Shown: positions 33,608 through 43,392, counted from the first letter of the stretch. The stretch is DNA of 64,000 nucleotides from Candidatus Acidiferrales bacterium (GCA_050018375.1 JBEKAE010000010.1:48808-112807); one strand, 5' to 3'. The notes: a model not told the origin generated them from the sequence alone. Numbers and translations are program-made.

Positions 33608-34339
33608 TCAGGCGCTCAGAACGCGTCTCTGAAATTGCGCGCTGCGCGTCTTTGTCGTCATGTGCAGCGGGGAATTCACGGCCACCGGCCCTAACGCCTG
33701 CCGTCCCGAATCCTCCGCTGCTTCTTCCCGGTCGAGGAGCGCCGGCTGCATGAAGCCTGCGGCCCTGCGCGCCAGTTCGGCGCGGTTCTGCACGCCGAAT
33801 CTGCTCAGCAAGGAGGATATATGGAACTTTACGGTGCGGACGGTGATGTTGAGCCTCGAAGCGATCTCCTTGTTGGCCCGGTTGCGGACCACGGCCTGAA
33901 GGATCTCTCTCTGCCGTGGGCTCAACGAGGCGGGACTCGCGACTGCGCGTCCCTCTTCGAGGAGTTCCTTCGCCCGGGAGAGCAACCGATTCGCAAAGGC
34001 CTGCTCCGCTGCGACGAGAATGTTGAAATCCTCCGGATCGGACCCGCGGACGAGGCATTGCATGGCCAGCAGACCGGCCATCCGCTCCACGGTGCAATTC
34101 AAATCCGGGCTTGGTTCGGTTCGAAACTGTACTGCCCCTGTGGATTTTTCGCAGAAAAGAAAGAAGTCGGGCTGGTTTGGGTTGAACTTTCTAGCGTGCG
34201 GGGGAATCAACTTCGGAACTACACGTACTTTTTTCAATATTGGCCTTCCCGTCTCGCCCGTGGCGGGCAGAGTTCTTTTGATTTGACTGCTTTCATAATT
34301 CGAAAACTGCAAGCTGAATTGCTTCGCAAACGGGAACAT
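33608..34339 (-). CDS. LuxR-family transcriptional regulator (unknown N-terminal domain)
   Basis: C-terminal HTH LSPRQREILQAVVRNRANKEIASRLNITVRTVKFHISSLLSRFGV. No receiver motifs in the N-terminal 150 aa. Confidence 0.7.
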   Translation of the reverse strand: MFPFAKQFSLQFSNYESSQIKRTLPATGETGRPILKKVRVVPKLIPPHARKFNPNQPDFFLFCEKSTGAVQFRTEPSPDLNCTVERMAGLLAMQCLVRGSDPEDFNILVAAEQAFANRLLSRAKELLEEGRAVASPASLSPRQREILQAVVRNRANKEIASRLNITVRTVKFHISSLLSRFGVQNRAELARRAAGFMQPALLDREEAAEDSGRQALGPVAVNSPLHMTTKTRSAQFQRRVLSA

Positions 34340-34620
34340 CTTGGATTCGCGGGAAGATCGAAGACTCGATCGTCCTTGGAATCGCGCTGTTTTTCAGCGG
34401 GGCCGACGTGCATGGCTGGCAGTTGGAGTGCCAAAGTTTGTCACTCTTGTAAACTGTTCCGGTTGTGGAAGATCCGCGAGCGCTCCGGTACAGTGAAAAC
34501 TGTAGTCTATGTAGAAAGTTCGCCGATGCGGAAATTTCTGCAAGGAACGATTCTCGTCGAGGGAATTCTTCTGGAGTTGTTGTGATTGCCCGACCGCTCG
34601 CTATAATCCGAGGCGGTGAA

Positions 34621-36198
34621 ATGCCCGTGACCAATCGCAGGCGCATCCTCCGCTGTTCCGCGGGGGTCATTTCGTGGATTTTCCTGCTGATCCCAGCGGC
34701 ATATGGCCAGATGACCCCGATCAACCCGCCGCCCGGCTGGAAGCAGGTGCCTCAGGGCGAGGGAGCGTGCTCGGTCGAAAAATCCTGCGCGGAGTTGGCG
34801 CCAGCCATGATTCGGAGCGCTCTCGGCCCTTCGCCCCTCGAAGAGAACCTGCGCTACCTGACCGATTCCATCGGGGGTCGCATGACGGGTTCGCCGGAAG
34901 CGGACCGGGCCGCCGGCTGGGCGGTCGAAGCATTCCGCCGTGCGGGCGTGGACGAAGTGCACACGGAGAAGTTCACGGTTCCGGCCGGCTGGAGCGAGGG
35001 GCACACACATGCTGAAGTTCTCGCGCCGGTTTCGTTCGCGCTGCGGCTGGTCTCGACCGGGTGGTCGCCGCCGACGCCGGAGGGGGGCATCACGGCGGAG
35101 GTGGTCGATGCGAGTGCGGGCGACGATGCCGGATTTGCAAAAGCCGGAGCGGCGGCGAACGGCGCGATTGTGCTGATCCATACGAAAGAGCTCGCTACGT
35201 GGGAGGATCTGGAGGGTGAATATCTGGCCGATCGAGCGATCATCGAACGAGCAAAGATGGCGGGAGCTGCAGCCATCTTCTGGATGTCCACGCGGCCGAA
35301 CCTGCTGCTTTATCGCCACAAGGCGGCATACGACGTACTGATCGAGCCATTGCCGCAGGCGATTGTAGCGCGCGAGGATGCCCAGCGCATGGCGCGCTTC
35401 ATTGCCGCGGGGCAGAAGGTGCGCGTGCATTTCGAGATGCCGAACCACGTCGGCGGTCCGGTGGAATCGGAGAATGTGGTTGCCGAAATCCGCGGGCGCG
35501 AGAAACCGGATGAGTTCGTGCTGCTTGGCGCGCATCTCGATTCGTGGGACCTAGGGACGGGCGCGCTCGACAACGGCTGCAACGTCGCGATGGTGATCGA
35601 CGCGGCGCGCGTGATCCACGCTTCCGGGACCATTCCGCGACGCTCGATTCGCTTCGTCCTTTTCACGGGAGAGGAGCAGGGCATGCTGGGTTCGTGGGCG
35701 TACGCGCAAGCGCACCGCGCGGAGCTCGACCGCATGGTAGCCGCGGTGCTTTTCGATGCCGGCGCGGGTCCCGTGGCAGGCTATTCGCTCGGCGGGCGGA
35801 AGGACACGCTGGCGGCCGTGCGCGAGGCGCTCGAGCCAGTGAAATCTCTCGGCGTGAAGGAATTCACGCTCGATGCCGGCGTCGACACGGATAATTTCGA
35901 TTTCCTGCTCGAGGGTGTGCCGACGCTCGTTGCAAACCAGGAGCCCGCGAACTACCTGCTGAATTATCACGCGGCTTCGGACACGTTCGACAAAGTGGAC
36001 ATCGACGAACTGAAGCGCCACGTTGCGATCGCTGCCGTGACCGCCTACGCACTCGCCGATGCTCAACAGCGCATCGGGCCGCGACAGTCGCGAGCCGTGA
36101 TCGAGCAATTGATGAAGGACACCGATCTCGGCCAGGAGATGAAACTCGAAGGCTTCTGGCCCGCGTGGGAAAAGGGCGAGCGCGGCCGCCAGCCATAG
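34621..36198 (+). CDS. M28 family aminopeptidase with PA domain (secreted)
   Basis: Signal peptide after MPVTNRRRIL. GAHLDSWDLGTGALDNGCN and FVLFTGEEQGMLGS are the M28 metal-ligand motifs. ATG at 34621. Confidence 0.8.
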   Translation: MPVTNRRRILRCSAGVISWIFLLIPAAYGQMTPINPPPGWKQVPQGEGACSVEKSCAELAPAMIRSALGPSPLEENLRYLTDSIGGRMTGSPEADRAAGWAVEAFRRAGVDEVHTEKFTVPAGWSEGHTHAEVLAPVSFALRLVSTGWSPPTPEGGITAEVVDASAGDDAGFAKAGAAANGAIVLIHTKELATWEDLEGEYLADRAIIERAKMAGAAAIFWMSTRPNLLLYRHKAAYDVLIEPLPQAIVAREDAQRMARFIAAGQKVRVHFEMPNHVGGPVESENVVAEIRGREKPDEFVLLGAHLDSWDLGTGALDNGCNVAMVIDAARVIHASGTIPRRSIRFVLFTGEEQGMLGSWAYAQAHRAELDRMVAAVLFDAGAGPVAGYSLGGRKDTLAAVREALEPVKSLGVKEFTLDAGVDTDNFDFLLEGVPTLVANQEPANYLLNYHAASDTFDKVDIDELKRHVAIAAVTAYALADAQQRIGPRQSRAVIEQLMKDTDLGQEMKLEGFWPAWEKGERGRQP

Positions 36199-36218
36199 CT
36201 GCTTCGGGGTCGCGTATA

Positions 36219-36740
36219 ATGACAAGAGAAATGACGACTGCCACGCGCGTAATGACTCCGAACAATTCAGTTGCGCCGACAGGTGAAGCGAAGGCGGGGC
36301 GAATTCTGGCTCTCGATTACGGCCGCAAGCGGATTGGCCTGGCGATATCGGATGAACTCAGGCTGACGGCGCGACCGCTCGAGACGCTCACGCGAACGAA
36401 CAGGCAGAACGATTTTCGGCGCCTTCGCGAGGTTTGCCGCAGACACGAAATCGCGCGTATCATCGTCGGCCACCCTGTGCACATGACGGGCGAGGCGGGC
36501 TCCATGGCGGACGAAGCGGCGCGATTTGCGGAGCGGCTGAAAAAGGAGCTCGGCATCGAAGTGGAATTGCTGGACGAGCGGCTGACGAGCTGGGAGGCGG
36601 AGCAGACCGTGAGCGAAACGCGATCTTCTTCCCGGCGAAAGCGGCGCGAACCGCTGGATGATGTTGCCGCCGCCGTTCTGCTGCGCGACTATCTCGAACA
36701 CCAATCCCACCCGGCGCGCCCCGTTGCGGAGAAGGGCTAG
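36219..36740 (+). CDS. ruvX: Holliday junction resolvase-like protein RuvX (YqgF)
   Basis: RILALDYGRKRIGLAISD...IIVGHPVHMTGEAGSMADEAARFAERL...LDERLTSWEAE. The start could be 36219, 36231 or a nearby codon. Confidence 0.85.
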   Translation: MTREMTTATRVMTPNNSVAPTGEAKAGRILALDYGRKRIGLAISDELRLTARPLETLTRTNRQNDFRRLREVCRRHEIARIIVGHPVHMTGEAGSMADEAARFAERLKKELGIEVELLDERLTSWEAEQTVSETRSSSRRKRREPLDDVAAAVLLRDYLEHQSHPARPVAEKG

Positions 36741-36743
36741 CTC

Positions 36744-37802
36744 GTGATCCGGCGGCTCGGCTTGCTGGCGCTACTGGCGATCGCGGCACTCGGCGCGGGG
36801 GCCGGATGGCTCGATTCGCAGATCAGCCGTCCGTACCGCGGCCACCGCCCGGAGAAGGTCTTCGTCGATATTCCGCGCGGGACCTCTCGATGGCAGATTG
36901 CCGGAATTCTCAGGACGAACGACGTCATTCGAAACCGCCTAGCGTTCGCGCTTTTCAGCTATTGGCATTTCCGCAAACCGCTCCAAGCCGGCGAATACCT
37001 CTTCGATCATCCGGTGAATTCGCGCGAGGTCTTCTGGAAAATCGCGCACGGCCGGATTTTCGTCCGCACGGTGCTGGTGCCGGAGGGCTGGACGATGCAC
37101 GACGTCGCGGCGGAACTCGAACGGCAGGGAATCTGCAGCCGCGAGGATTTTCTCGCCGTGGCGCATGACACGTCGTTGATCTCGGATCTCGCTCCGCAGG
37201 CGGAAAGCCTCGAAGGATTCCTTTTCCCATCGACATACGAGTTCACGCGGCACAACACCTGCGAGCAGGTCGTGAAACGCATGGTGCAGGATTTCCATGC
37301 GGTCTGGGAAAAACTCGAACCACCGGGTTCGCCGCCGTTCCCCGGCGGGCTCACGTCGGCTCAAGTTGTGACTCTCGCATCACTGGTTGAACGGGAGACG
37401 CCGAATGCGGAGGAGCGTCCGCTCGTGGCCGGAGTCTTCTACAATCGGTTGCGCCACGGCCTCCCGCTGCAATGCGATCCCACGGTGCAGTACGCGATGG
37501 AGATGGCGGGCCATCCGGAAAGGGACGTCCGTCCCCAGGATTTGCGCTTCGATTCGCCGTACAACACCTACCGGCATCCCGGCCTGCCGCCCGGGCCGAT
37601 CGCGAATCCTGGCGAGGCGTCGCTCCGGGCGGCGATCGCACCCGCGACAACCGACTATCTCTATTTCGTCGCCAACGACGAGGGCGGCCATTTTTTCAGC
37701 CACACGCTCGCGGAGCACAATCGAAATGTGGCGCACCTGCGCCGACGCCTCGCGAGCGATGCGCAGGCCGCCGATCTGGCATCGAAGACAGTGAAGCACT
37801 GA
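36744..37802 (+). CDS. mltG: endolytic murein transglycosylase MltG (YceG-like)
   Basis: N-terminal TM helix. LASLVERETPNAEERPLVAGVFYNRL, LQCDPTVQY, DSPYNTYRHPGLPPGPIANPG. Confidence 0.9.
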   Translation: MIRRLGLLALLAIAALGAGAGWLDSQISRPYRGHRPEKVFVDIPRGTSRWQIAGILRTNDVIRNRLAFALFSYWHFRKPLQAGEYLFDHPVNSREVFWKIAHGRIFVRTVLVPEGWTMHDVAAELERQGICSREDFLAVAHDTSLISDLAPQAESLEGFLFPSTYEFTRHNTCEQVVKRMVQDFHAVWEKLEPPGSPPFPGGLTSAQVVTLASLVERETPNAEERPLVAGVFYNRLRHGLPLQCDPTVQYAMEMAGHPERDVRPQDLRFDSPYNTYRHPGLPPGPIANPGEASLRAAIAPATTDYLYFVANDEGGHFFSHTLAEHNRNVAHLRRRLASDAQAADLASKTVKH

Positions 37803-37867
37803 GGGCACTCTTGCGTTCAAGCCATTCCAACGAACATCTTTCCGGCGAGTCTTCCACGAAGAAGGCG

Positions 37868-38398
37868 ATGATTTTGGAAGCCGCGCGCGGACTGGACAAG
37901 CCGCGCTTTACTCCGGCGGAAATCGAACAGATTCGCAGGCAACTGATCGCGCAGTTCGGCGCGCGGGGGAAAACCTCGCCCGATTACATCGTGAGCGTCC
38001 TCGAAGAGGCGGGATTGCGCGTCGTGTGGTCGACGCAGTCGGATACGGAAGGACGCTACGAGGAAGAGTTTGCGGACCTGCTGCACTTCTCGGCGCTCGC
38101 GGAAGCGGAGATGTGCCTGGTGCGGCTCGACGAACTGCTGCGCAAATTCGCAGTTGAAGGCGAGCGCAGCGCAGCGGAGCGAGTGCGCGAAGTGGCGCGG
38201 CTCGGCCGGCGCCGCGCGGAGATGATCGCGCGCAACCACAAAGTGGACGCGCAGAAGCGCGAGGAGAAAGAGGAAATCGCCCACTGGTTCGCCATCTGGC
38301 TCGAGACGCCGGAAGCTTTTTTCGACTGGCTCGAGGTGCGGAAACAGTCTCCAGAATTCAAAAAGAAGTTTCCCCACGCAGCCGACGAGGAAGAGTAG
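37868..38398 (+). CDS. hypothetical protein (176 aa, charged/helical)
   Basis: This is the in-frame ATG after the mltG stop. The upstream part of the track ORF (from 37472) overlaps mltG and was discarded. No motif recognised. Its TAG stop directly abuts the ATG of the next ORF. Confidence 0.45.
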   Translation: MILEAARGLDKPRFTPAEIEQIRRQLIAQFGARGKTSPDYIVSVLEEAGLRVVWSTQSDTEGRYEEEFADLLHFSALAEAEMCLVRLDELLRKFAVEGERSAAERVREVARLGRRRAEMIARNHKVDAQKREEKEEIAHWFAIWLETPEAFFDWLEVRKQSPEFKKKFPHAADEEE

Positions 38399-38953
38399 AT
38401 GCATCTCCTCGATATCGAAGCGCTCGATCTCGGCCCCGACGTGCGCGCGGTCGGGCTCGATTTGGTCGAAGCGGATGAAAATCGCGAACCGGTGCGCGGG
38501 GCGGATGCGGCGCGCGTCTGGAGCCGCGTCCTTCCGGCGACTGCGGGCCAGGAGCCCTGGGCGCTCGACTTCTTCAGCCACCTCGACCGCGTGCGCGATT
38601 TCTGCGGTCGCCACGGCATCGTTTACCGAGAGGCCGGCCAGCGGTCGATCGTGATCCCCGCGCCTGAGCCTGCCGCTCTCGAATCGATCTTCGAACGCTT
38701 TCAAGGGGAGACGTTCGGCGCGCGCGCAGGCGGCCCCGTTCTGGCGGGCGACCCTGGTCTCGAGGGGGATTTGGCGCGCCGCGGCATGGACGCCTACCAC
38801 GCGGCCTTTCCGAACTACTTCTTCTGCGCAGTCTGCGGATTCGAGGACGGCTCGCTCGTCCTGCTAAGTGAGAAGCTCTGGGCCAGCGAAGTGATTCGCC
38901 GGGTGCGGCCCGTACTTAAAGGATTGAACGTCGAGGTGCATCTCCCCGCCTGA
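38399..38953 (+). CDS. hypothetical protein (184 aa)
   Basis: ATG immediately follows the previous stop (TAGATG). Protein-like composition. No motif recognised. Confidence 0.45.
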   Translation: MHLLDIEALDLGPDVRAVGLDLVEADENREPVRGADAARVWSRVLPATAGQEPWALDFFSHLDRVRDFCGRHGIVYREAGQRSIVIPAPEPAALESIFERFQGETFGARAGGPVLAGDPGLEGDLARRGMDAYHAAFPNYFFCAVCGFEDGSLVLLSEKLWASEVIRRVRPVLKGLNVEVHLPA

Positions 38954-38985
38954 CAATAAGATAGCGTGCGCCTCGTGTGCCAACT

Positions 38986-39001
38986 TGGTACGTCCGTACC
39001 A
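38986..39001. promoter_or_regulatory. perfect 16-bp palindrome, candidate operator
   Basis: TGGTACGTCCGTACCA lies 42 nt upstream of the ATG at 39043, in an AT-rich 89-nt spacer. Confidence 0.45.
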
Positions 39002-39042
39002 TTCCCACCTCCATTCGTTCTAGTACACTTGTTTAGAGATTA

Positions 39043-41781
39043 ATGAAGATGTCGCGTCTCCCAAGTGAGTTGACGGTGCCCAGCGAGTCAACCGTTCCGA
39101 GCGCCCGGGCCTTTGTGCGCAGCCTCAACGTCCTTCTTAAGTTCTCTCGTCTCTATGGTTTAGAGCACACTCGTTCGGCCGTCCAGTTCGAGTCCACCTG
39201 GAATGAACTCGAGGACGCCGTCCGAACAGCCGGCGAAACAGGGCTTCTTCTGGGAGCCTCCGGGTCGCAACTTCTGCTGGATGGCGTGCCGCTCGAATCG
39301 ACCCACGCCGAGCGCAGCTTTGCCGACCTGCTCAACAACGCGGGCGTCGCAAGTATCTGCTTCCACTCCAGCGTCGAACGCGAGGAGTTTGCCAATCTCG
39401 TGAGGGTGTTTATGGAGACGGGCCCCCGGGCTGGCTCCCTGACTGATCGCCTCGAGCAGCATTTCGGGAAAGACAGCACCACGGGAATCCGGGTCAACGA
39501 AATTCGATTCGTCGCGGAAGACGCTGCTTTCTCCGATGCGCGCGTCGCCGCACAACTGACGGTGAAAACTCTCGGCGCCGACGCAGATCGAGTGCAGGAC
39601 TGGTTCCGCAGCCCGGAAAAGATGATTCAGCTCATCGCCGCTGCCGAAGGCGCACATGGGGGACCCGGCGGGGCGGGAGCGGGACAGGGAAAGGGCGGCA
39701 CTTCTTCCGCCGGAGGTCTGGGTCCAGGTCCAGGCGCGGGGCCGGGTGGAGGATACGCCGGCGGAGCGTCAGCGGGAGGCTCGGCTGCGATTCAGCCGCT
39801 CGAAGAGGCAGACCTACAGGGTTTGTTGCGGCTCCTCGGGCAATTCGGCGAGGCGGCCCACGGAAAGAACGCGCAGCAACTCGATCAGGCAACGTGGCAA
39901 CAGAAGCTGGCGTCGCTGCCGCAGAACGCGCAGGTGACGCTGCGGCAGGCCCTCGCTACCGTCGCGGCGAAGACGCCCTCGATGAAAATGGACGAGGCCA
40001 TGCTGCTGCGGCTCGCCGAGGACCTCGCCATCCGCTTTGCCCTCGACCGTTTCCAGCGCGGCGAAGTGCGAGTCAACGCCGTGCGCCAGATGCTGGACCG
40101 CATGGGCCACGAACTCGAGACGCTGCGAAAGCTCTTGAAGGCCCGCGAGGAAAAAATGGCCAGCGCCGGGCTTTCGGTGGAATCCCACTCGGACTTGCTC
40201 GACCGGCAGTTTTGGGCGGCCGTGCCCGATTCGGGCAAGCGGGCGGTGCTGACTTCGACCGAAGCGTGGTGCATTCCTCCCCGGAACGTCCAACAATACG
40301 TGGAAGAGCTTCTCGGGCGCGGCGAGGCGGAAGCTGCGGGAGACGTCCTGCTGAAGTATGCGTCTTGCGTCCGGAACAAGGACGCGGAAGCCCGCAAGAA
40401 AGCCGCCATCGGATTGGGCCAACTGGCCGAGCTTTACAGCAAGGCAGCGAGCCAGCGACTCCAGGACGCGCTCGCGCAGATCGGCCAGCAGCTCGCGGCC
40501 GAAAAGGATCCGGAGCTGCAAACGCTGCTGAGCGCAGCCTTCGTGCGTCTGAGCCAGGAGTCGGCGCAGCGCCGTTACTACCGGGCGATGCAGCAGGCGC
40601 TCGATTCGCTCGCCGACCTTGAGGAAATACGCCCTACTTGGGCGAAGAGCCTGCGCCCGCGCGTCGGCGTCGAGAACCGCCTGCCGGAATTCATCGAAGA
40701 GGCGCTAACGGCGGAAGCGATGCCCGAGGGATTGGTGGCCGTGCTCACGCGCGTTCCGGAAGGGGCGGGCGAGCATCTGGCGGTGCGCCTCGCGCGCGCG
40801 GGACGGCGCACCGAACGCGAAAATATCGTCCAATTGGCAAAAGCGGTGGGCGGCGCGTGCGCCCGGCATTTGACAGAAGTGCTCAAGTCCGAGCCACCGG
40901 CTAAGGCCGCGACGGTGGTCGGGCTTCTGAGCCGCCTCGATCCGGCGGCCGTCGAGGACCTGCTCCCGTTGCGCTTGCGCCAGGGCAGTCGCGGCTTTCA
41001 CGATGCAGTCGTGCGCCAGCTTTCGATTGCGGGAGCACCGGAACGAGGCGCCCTGCTCGCGAATTCGGTCGAGCTGCTCGATCCGATGGTTCTCCCGCTC
41101 GCACTCGATGAAATCGGTATGTGCGGAGACCCCGGCACGGCCGCGAAACTCCTGCGGCTCGCTGAAGGAGACATCCTACCGGCAGGCTCGGAGTATCTGC
41201 GCGTGAAGGCGATCGAAGCGCTTGGCAGAATGCGGGCGGCCGGCGCGGTTGGGCACCTTCGGAGTTTCGTCGAGGCTCGCAAGACGTTTGGCTGGGTGTA
41301 TCCCGAAGAGATTCGGACGGCTGCCGCTCAGGCGCTAATGAAAATCGATCCGGAGTGGATTCAGGAATTCCTGCCGCAGTCGGGCCTGGATGAGAAGGTG
41401 CTGGGGCTCGCCCCGCTCGACCCGATCCCCGGCCGCGACGTCGTGCGGCACCGCCGCTATCGCCGGATTCGATTGCCGCGCAACGTGCCGGCGGTGATCA
41501 CCTCGGCGCGCGGGAAATGTTCGTCGGCTATCAGCGTGCTGAGCCTCGAAGGCGGACTGCTGAGCGGCGACATCCAGCTTTCAGTGGGAACCGAAGCAAC
41601 GCTGAAGATTCCGGCGGGACTTCGCTCGATCAGCATGCAGGCGGTGGTGCGATTCGTCCGTTCGCACCAGGCCGGTTTCGAAATGGTCGGAATGGAACTG
41701 GAAGACCGCGCGAAGCTCCGCCGGCTGCTTGTCTCACTCGGCGGCATGGAATCCGGCAGAGCCGCGGAGCCTCGTCCCTAG
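39043..41781 (+). CDS. large multidomain protein: unknown N-domain, Gly-rich linker, HEAT-like repeats, C-terminal PilZ-like domain
   Basis: 912 aa. Low-complexity GGPGGAGAGQGKGGTSSAGGLGPGPGAGPGGGYAGGASAGG. HEAT-like repeats (..RVKAIEALGRMRAAGAVGHLRSFVE..). The C-terminus has RRYRRIR and an SxxG motif (VLSLEGG, first position not D/N) in a PilZ-like beta-barrel region. Confidence 0.6.
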   Translation: MKMSRLPSELTVPSESTVPSARAFVRSLNVLLKFSRLYGLEHTRSAVQFESTWNELEDAVRTAGETGLLLGASGSQLLLDGVPLESTHAERSFADLLNNAGVASICFHSSVEREEFANLVRVFMETGPRAGSLTDRLEQHFGKDSTTGIRVNEIRFVAEDAAFSDARVAAQLTVKTLGADADRVQDWFRSPEKMIQLIAAAEGAHGGPGGAGAGQGKGGTSSAGGLGPGPGAGPGGGYAGGASAGGSAAIQPLEEADLQGLLRLLGQFGEAAHGKNAQQLDQATWQQKLASLPQNAQVTLRQALATVAAKTPSMKMDEAMLLRLAEDLAIRFALDRFQRGEVRVNAVRQMLDRMGHELETLRKLLKAREEKMASAGLSVESHSDLLDRQFWAAVPDSGKRAVLTSTEAWCIPPRNVQQYVEELLGRGEAEAAGDVLLKYASCVRNKDAEARKKAAIGLGQLAELYSKAASQRLQDALAQIGQQLAAEKDPELQTLLSAAFVRLSQESAQRRYYRAMQQALDSLADLEEIRPTWAKSLRPRVGVENRLPEFIEEALTAEAMPEGLVAVLTRVPEGAGEHLAVRLARAGRRTERENIVQLAKAVGGACARHLTEVLKSEPPAKAATVVGLLSRLDPAAVEDLLPLRLRQGSRGFHDAVVRQLSIAGAPERGALLANSVELLDPMVLPLALDEIGMCGDPGTAAKLLRLAEGDILPAGSEYLRVKAIEALGRMRAAGAVGHLRSFVEARKTFGWVYPEEIRTAAAQALMKIDPEWIQEFLPQSGLDEKVLGLAPLDPIPGRDVVRHRRYRRIRLPRNVPAVITSARGKCSSAISVLSLEGGLLSGDIQLSVGTEATLKIPAGLRSISMQAVVRFVRSHQAGFEMVGMELEDRAKLRRLLVSLGGMESGRAAEPRP

Positions 41782-41790
41782 CGCCTAGCG

Positions 41791-43392
41791 TTAGGCCTTA
41801 GGCAGAGCGTAACCGGGCACCCACCAGCCGTGCACCTGGCTGTAGCTGCGGAAAGGCAGCCTCACCTTGGCAATCGGGCCGTCTTCCATGTGCTGTGTGT
41901 CCACGACGACGAGATCGGCGCGGCCCGATTCAAGCAAACGGTTCGCGACGCCCACGAGATAGCCGTCCCCTTCCGGCGCGTCTTTGCTGCGCGGCACGAA
42001 ACAGCATTCCTGCAAGCTGGAATCATCGCCGACAAAGAAGGCCGAAGTCTTGCGCGTCGAATGATCGAAACGCGTGTAGACGTTTGTCGGCCGGAAGGCC
42101 ATGTTGCCCAGCTTCGGATTGAGGGGCCGCGTGGGATCGCTGGTCGGCATGAAGCCGATGCGATAGGGAATCGTCTGATAGCGGTCGTCCTGGCGCGGCA
42201 GAGCGCCGGTCTGCGGGTAGAGCTCCTCCATGTTGTAATCGCGCGGAGTCTTGTCCGAGAGATCGACGGACAAGCGGTGCAGCGTTCCCGCTGCCGCCTT
42301 GGGATCGAATGGCTCGCCGTGCAGGTTCGGAAAGAATGGGAACTGATTCTTCAGCGCCATGTCCATGTCGACGTAAATCTTGTTGCCGTCGGAAAAGGCG
42401 CCCATGACGTGAGTGGCGCAGCGCTCGGGGCCCTTGAACCAGCGGACATCCTTGCCGTCGCCGCCGCGCTCGAGCACGCCGAACCACGTGGGTAAAGTGG
42501 AATCCCAGGCGAAGTGCACCTGGCCCTGCTTCATCCGTTCGACGTTCGTCGCCATCGGAATCACGAGGAACGCGATGTATTTCTGAGAGACCGCGAAATC
42601 GTGCACCATGCCGACGTACGGCACCTTGATCCACGCCTCCCATGTGATCTTGCCCTTGGAATTCGCCGAGAACACGTAGATGTCGTCCGTGGCCAGTCCC
42701 TTGGCCTCGTAGCCGTAGGAGATCATCTCGCCCGTGGCGTTATCGAACTTGGGATGGGCTGTGTGCGTAAGGCTGTGCAGGCCGCCGCCGAACGTGTAGT
42801 AGTCGTCCACGGTGTCGAGCGTGAGCGGATTCATGGCCACCGGCGGGCTATCTTCCTTGAGCGCGAACAGCAAACCATGATGGTAGACGACGTGGGTATT
42901 GGCCGTGCCGCGGCTGACGCCTTTGACGCTGGGATCGTCGGTGAAGGGGTTGCGGTACATGCCGAACAGCCGGCGGCGCGCCGCAGCCTGTGCCTTGAAC
43001 CGCTGCGTTCGAGGGTAGCGGCACCGGAAATCGACATGTCCGTTCGAGATGCGGAACATGCTCACGTGCCCTTCGCCATCGAAGGGGATGTTGCCGGTCA
43101 TCGGGGGATACTGCCAATCGGGTCCGACGCGATAGAAGGCGCCGTCGATGTTCAGAGGAATCTCGCCCTCGACGTCACAATCGTGAATGTCGCATTCCGT
43201 GCGGAAAGGACCGGCGCCGCCGAGTCCGGGAGGGTTCGAAAAATGGACGGTTTCTGCTTCCGCCGTCGGCCCAAGGGACAATCCACCCGCCACGGCGCTC
43301 GTGCCCGCTGCCGCGAGCGTTCCGATGAAACTGCGGCGATCCATGGACGTGCCGCCGCTTGCCTTCTTAGGCTGCTTCGCTTTGCGTTTCAT
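41791..43392 (-). CDS. carotenoid/stilbene cleavage oxygenase family protein with Tat signal
   Basis: Four family His motifs (HTAHPKFD, GMVHDFAVS, CATHVMGAF, QVHGWWVP). The N-terminus MKRKAKQPKKASGGTSMDRRSFIGTLAAAGTSAVAG is a twin-arginine signal. Start taken at 43392. Confidence 0.8.
   Translation of the reverse strand: MKRKAKQPKKASGGTSMDRRSFIGTLAAAGTSAVAGGLSLGPTAEAETVHFSNPPGLGGAGPFRTECDIHDCDVEGEIPLNIDGAFYRVGPDWQYPPMTGNIPFDGEGHVSMFRISNGHVDFRCRYPRTQRFKAQAAARRRLFGMYRNPFTDDPSVKGVSRGTANTHVVYHHGLLFALKEDSPPVAMNPLTLDTVDDYYTFGGGLHSLTHTAHPKFDNATGEMISYGYEAKGLATDDIYVFSANSKGKITWEAWIKVPYVGMVHDFAVSQKYIAFLVIPMATNVERMKQGQVHFAWDSTLPTWFGVLERGGDGKDVRWFKGPERCATHVMGAFSDGNKIYVDMDMALKNQFPFFPNLHGEPFDPKAAAGTLHRLSVDLSDKTPRDYNMEELYPQTGALPRQDDRYQTIPYRIGFMPTSDPTRPLNPKLGNMAFRPTNVYTRFDHSTRKTSAFFVGDDSSLQECCFVPRSKDAPEGDGYLVGVANRLLESGRADLVVVDTQHMEDGPIAKVRLPFRSYSQVHGWWVPGYALPKA

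Noticed and set aside
37472-37867. N-terminal extension of the 308-aa track ORF
   Set aside because: It overlaps the last 330 nt of mltG in another frame and is Arg/Gly/Pro-rich. I kept only the part from the ATG at 37868.
19133-39001. Recurrence of the GGTAC/GGTACC hexamer near PilZ genes, considered as a shared operator motif
   Set aside because: The hexamer also occurs inside many coding regions (for example near 11506, 46590, 51930, 61424 and 63975). Only the 16-bp palindrome and the 7-bp inverted repeat were kept as observations.
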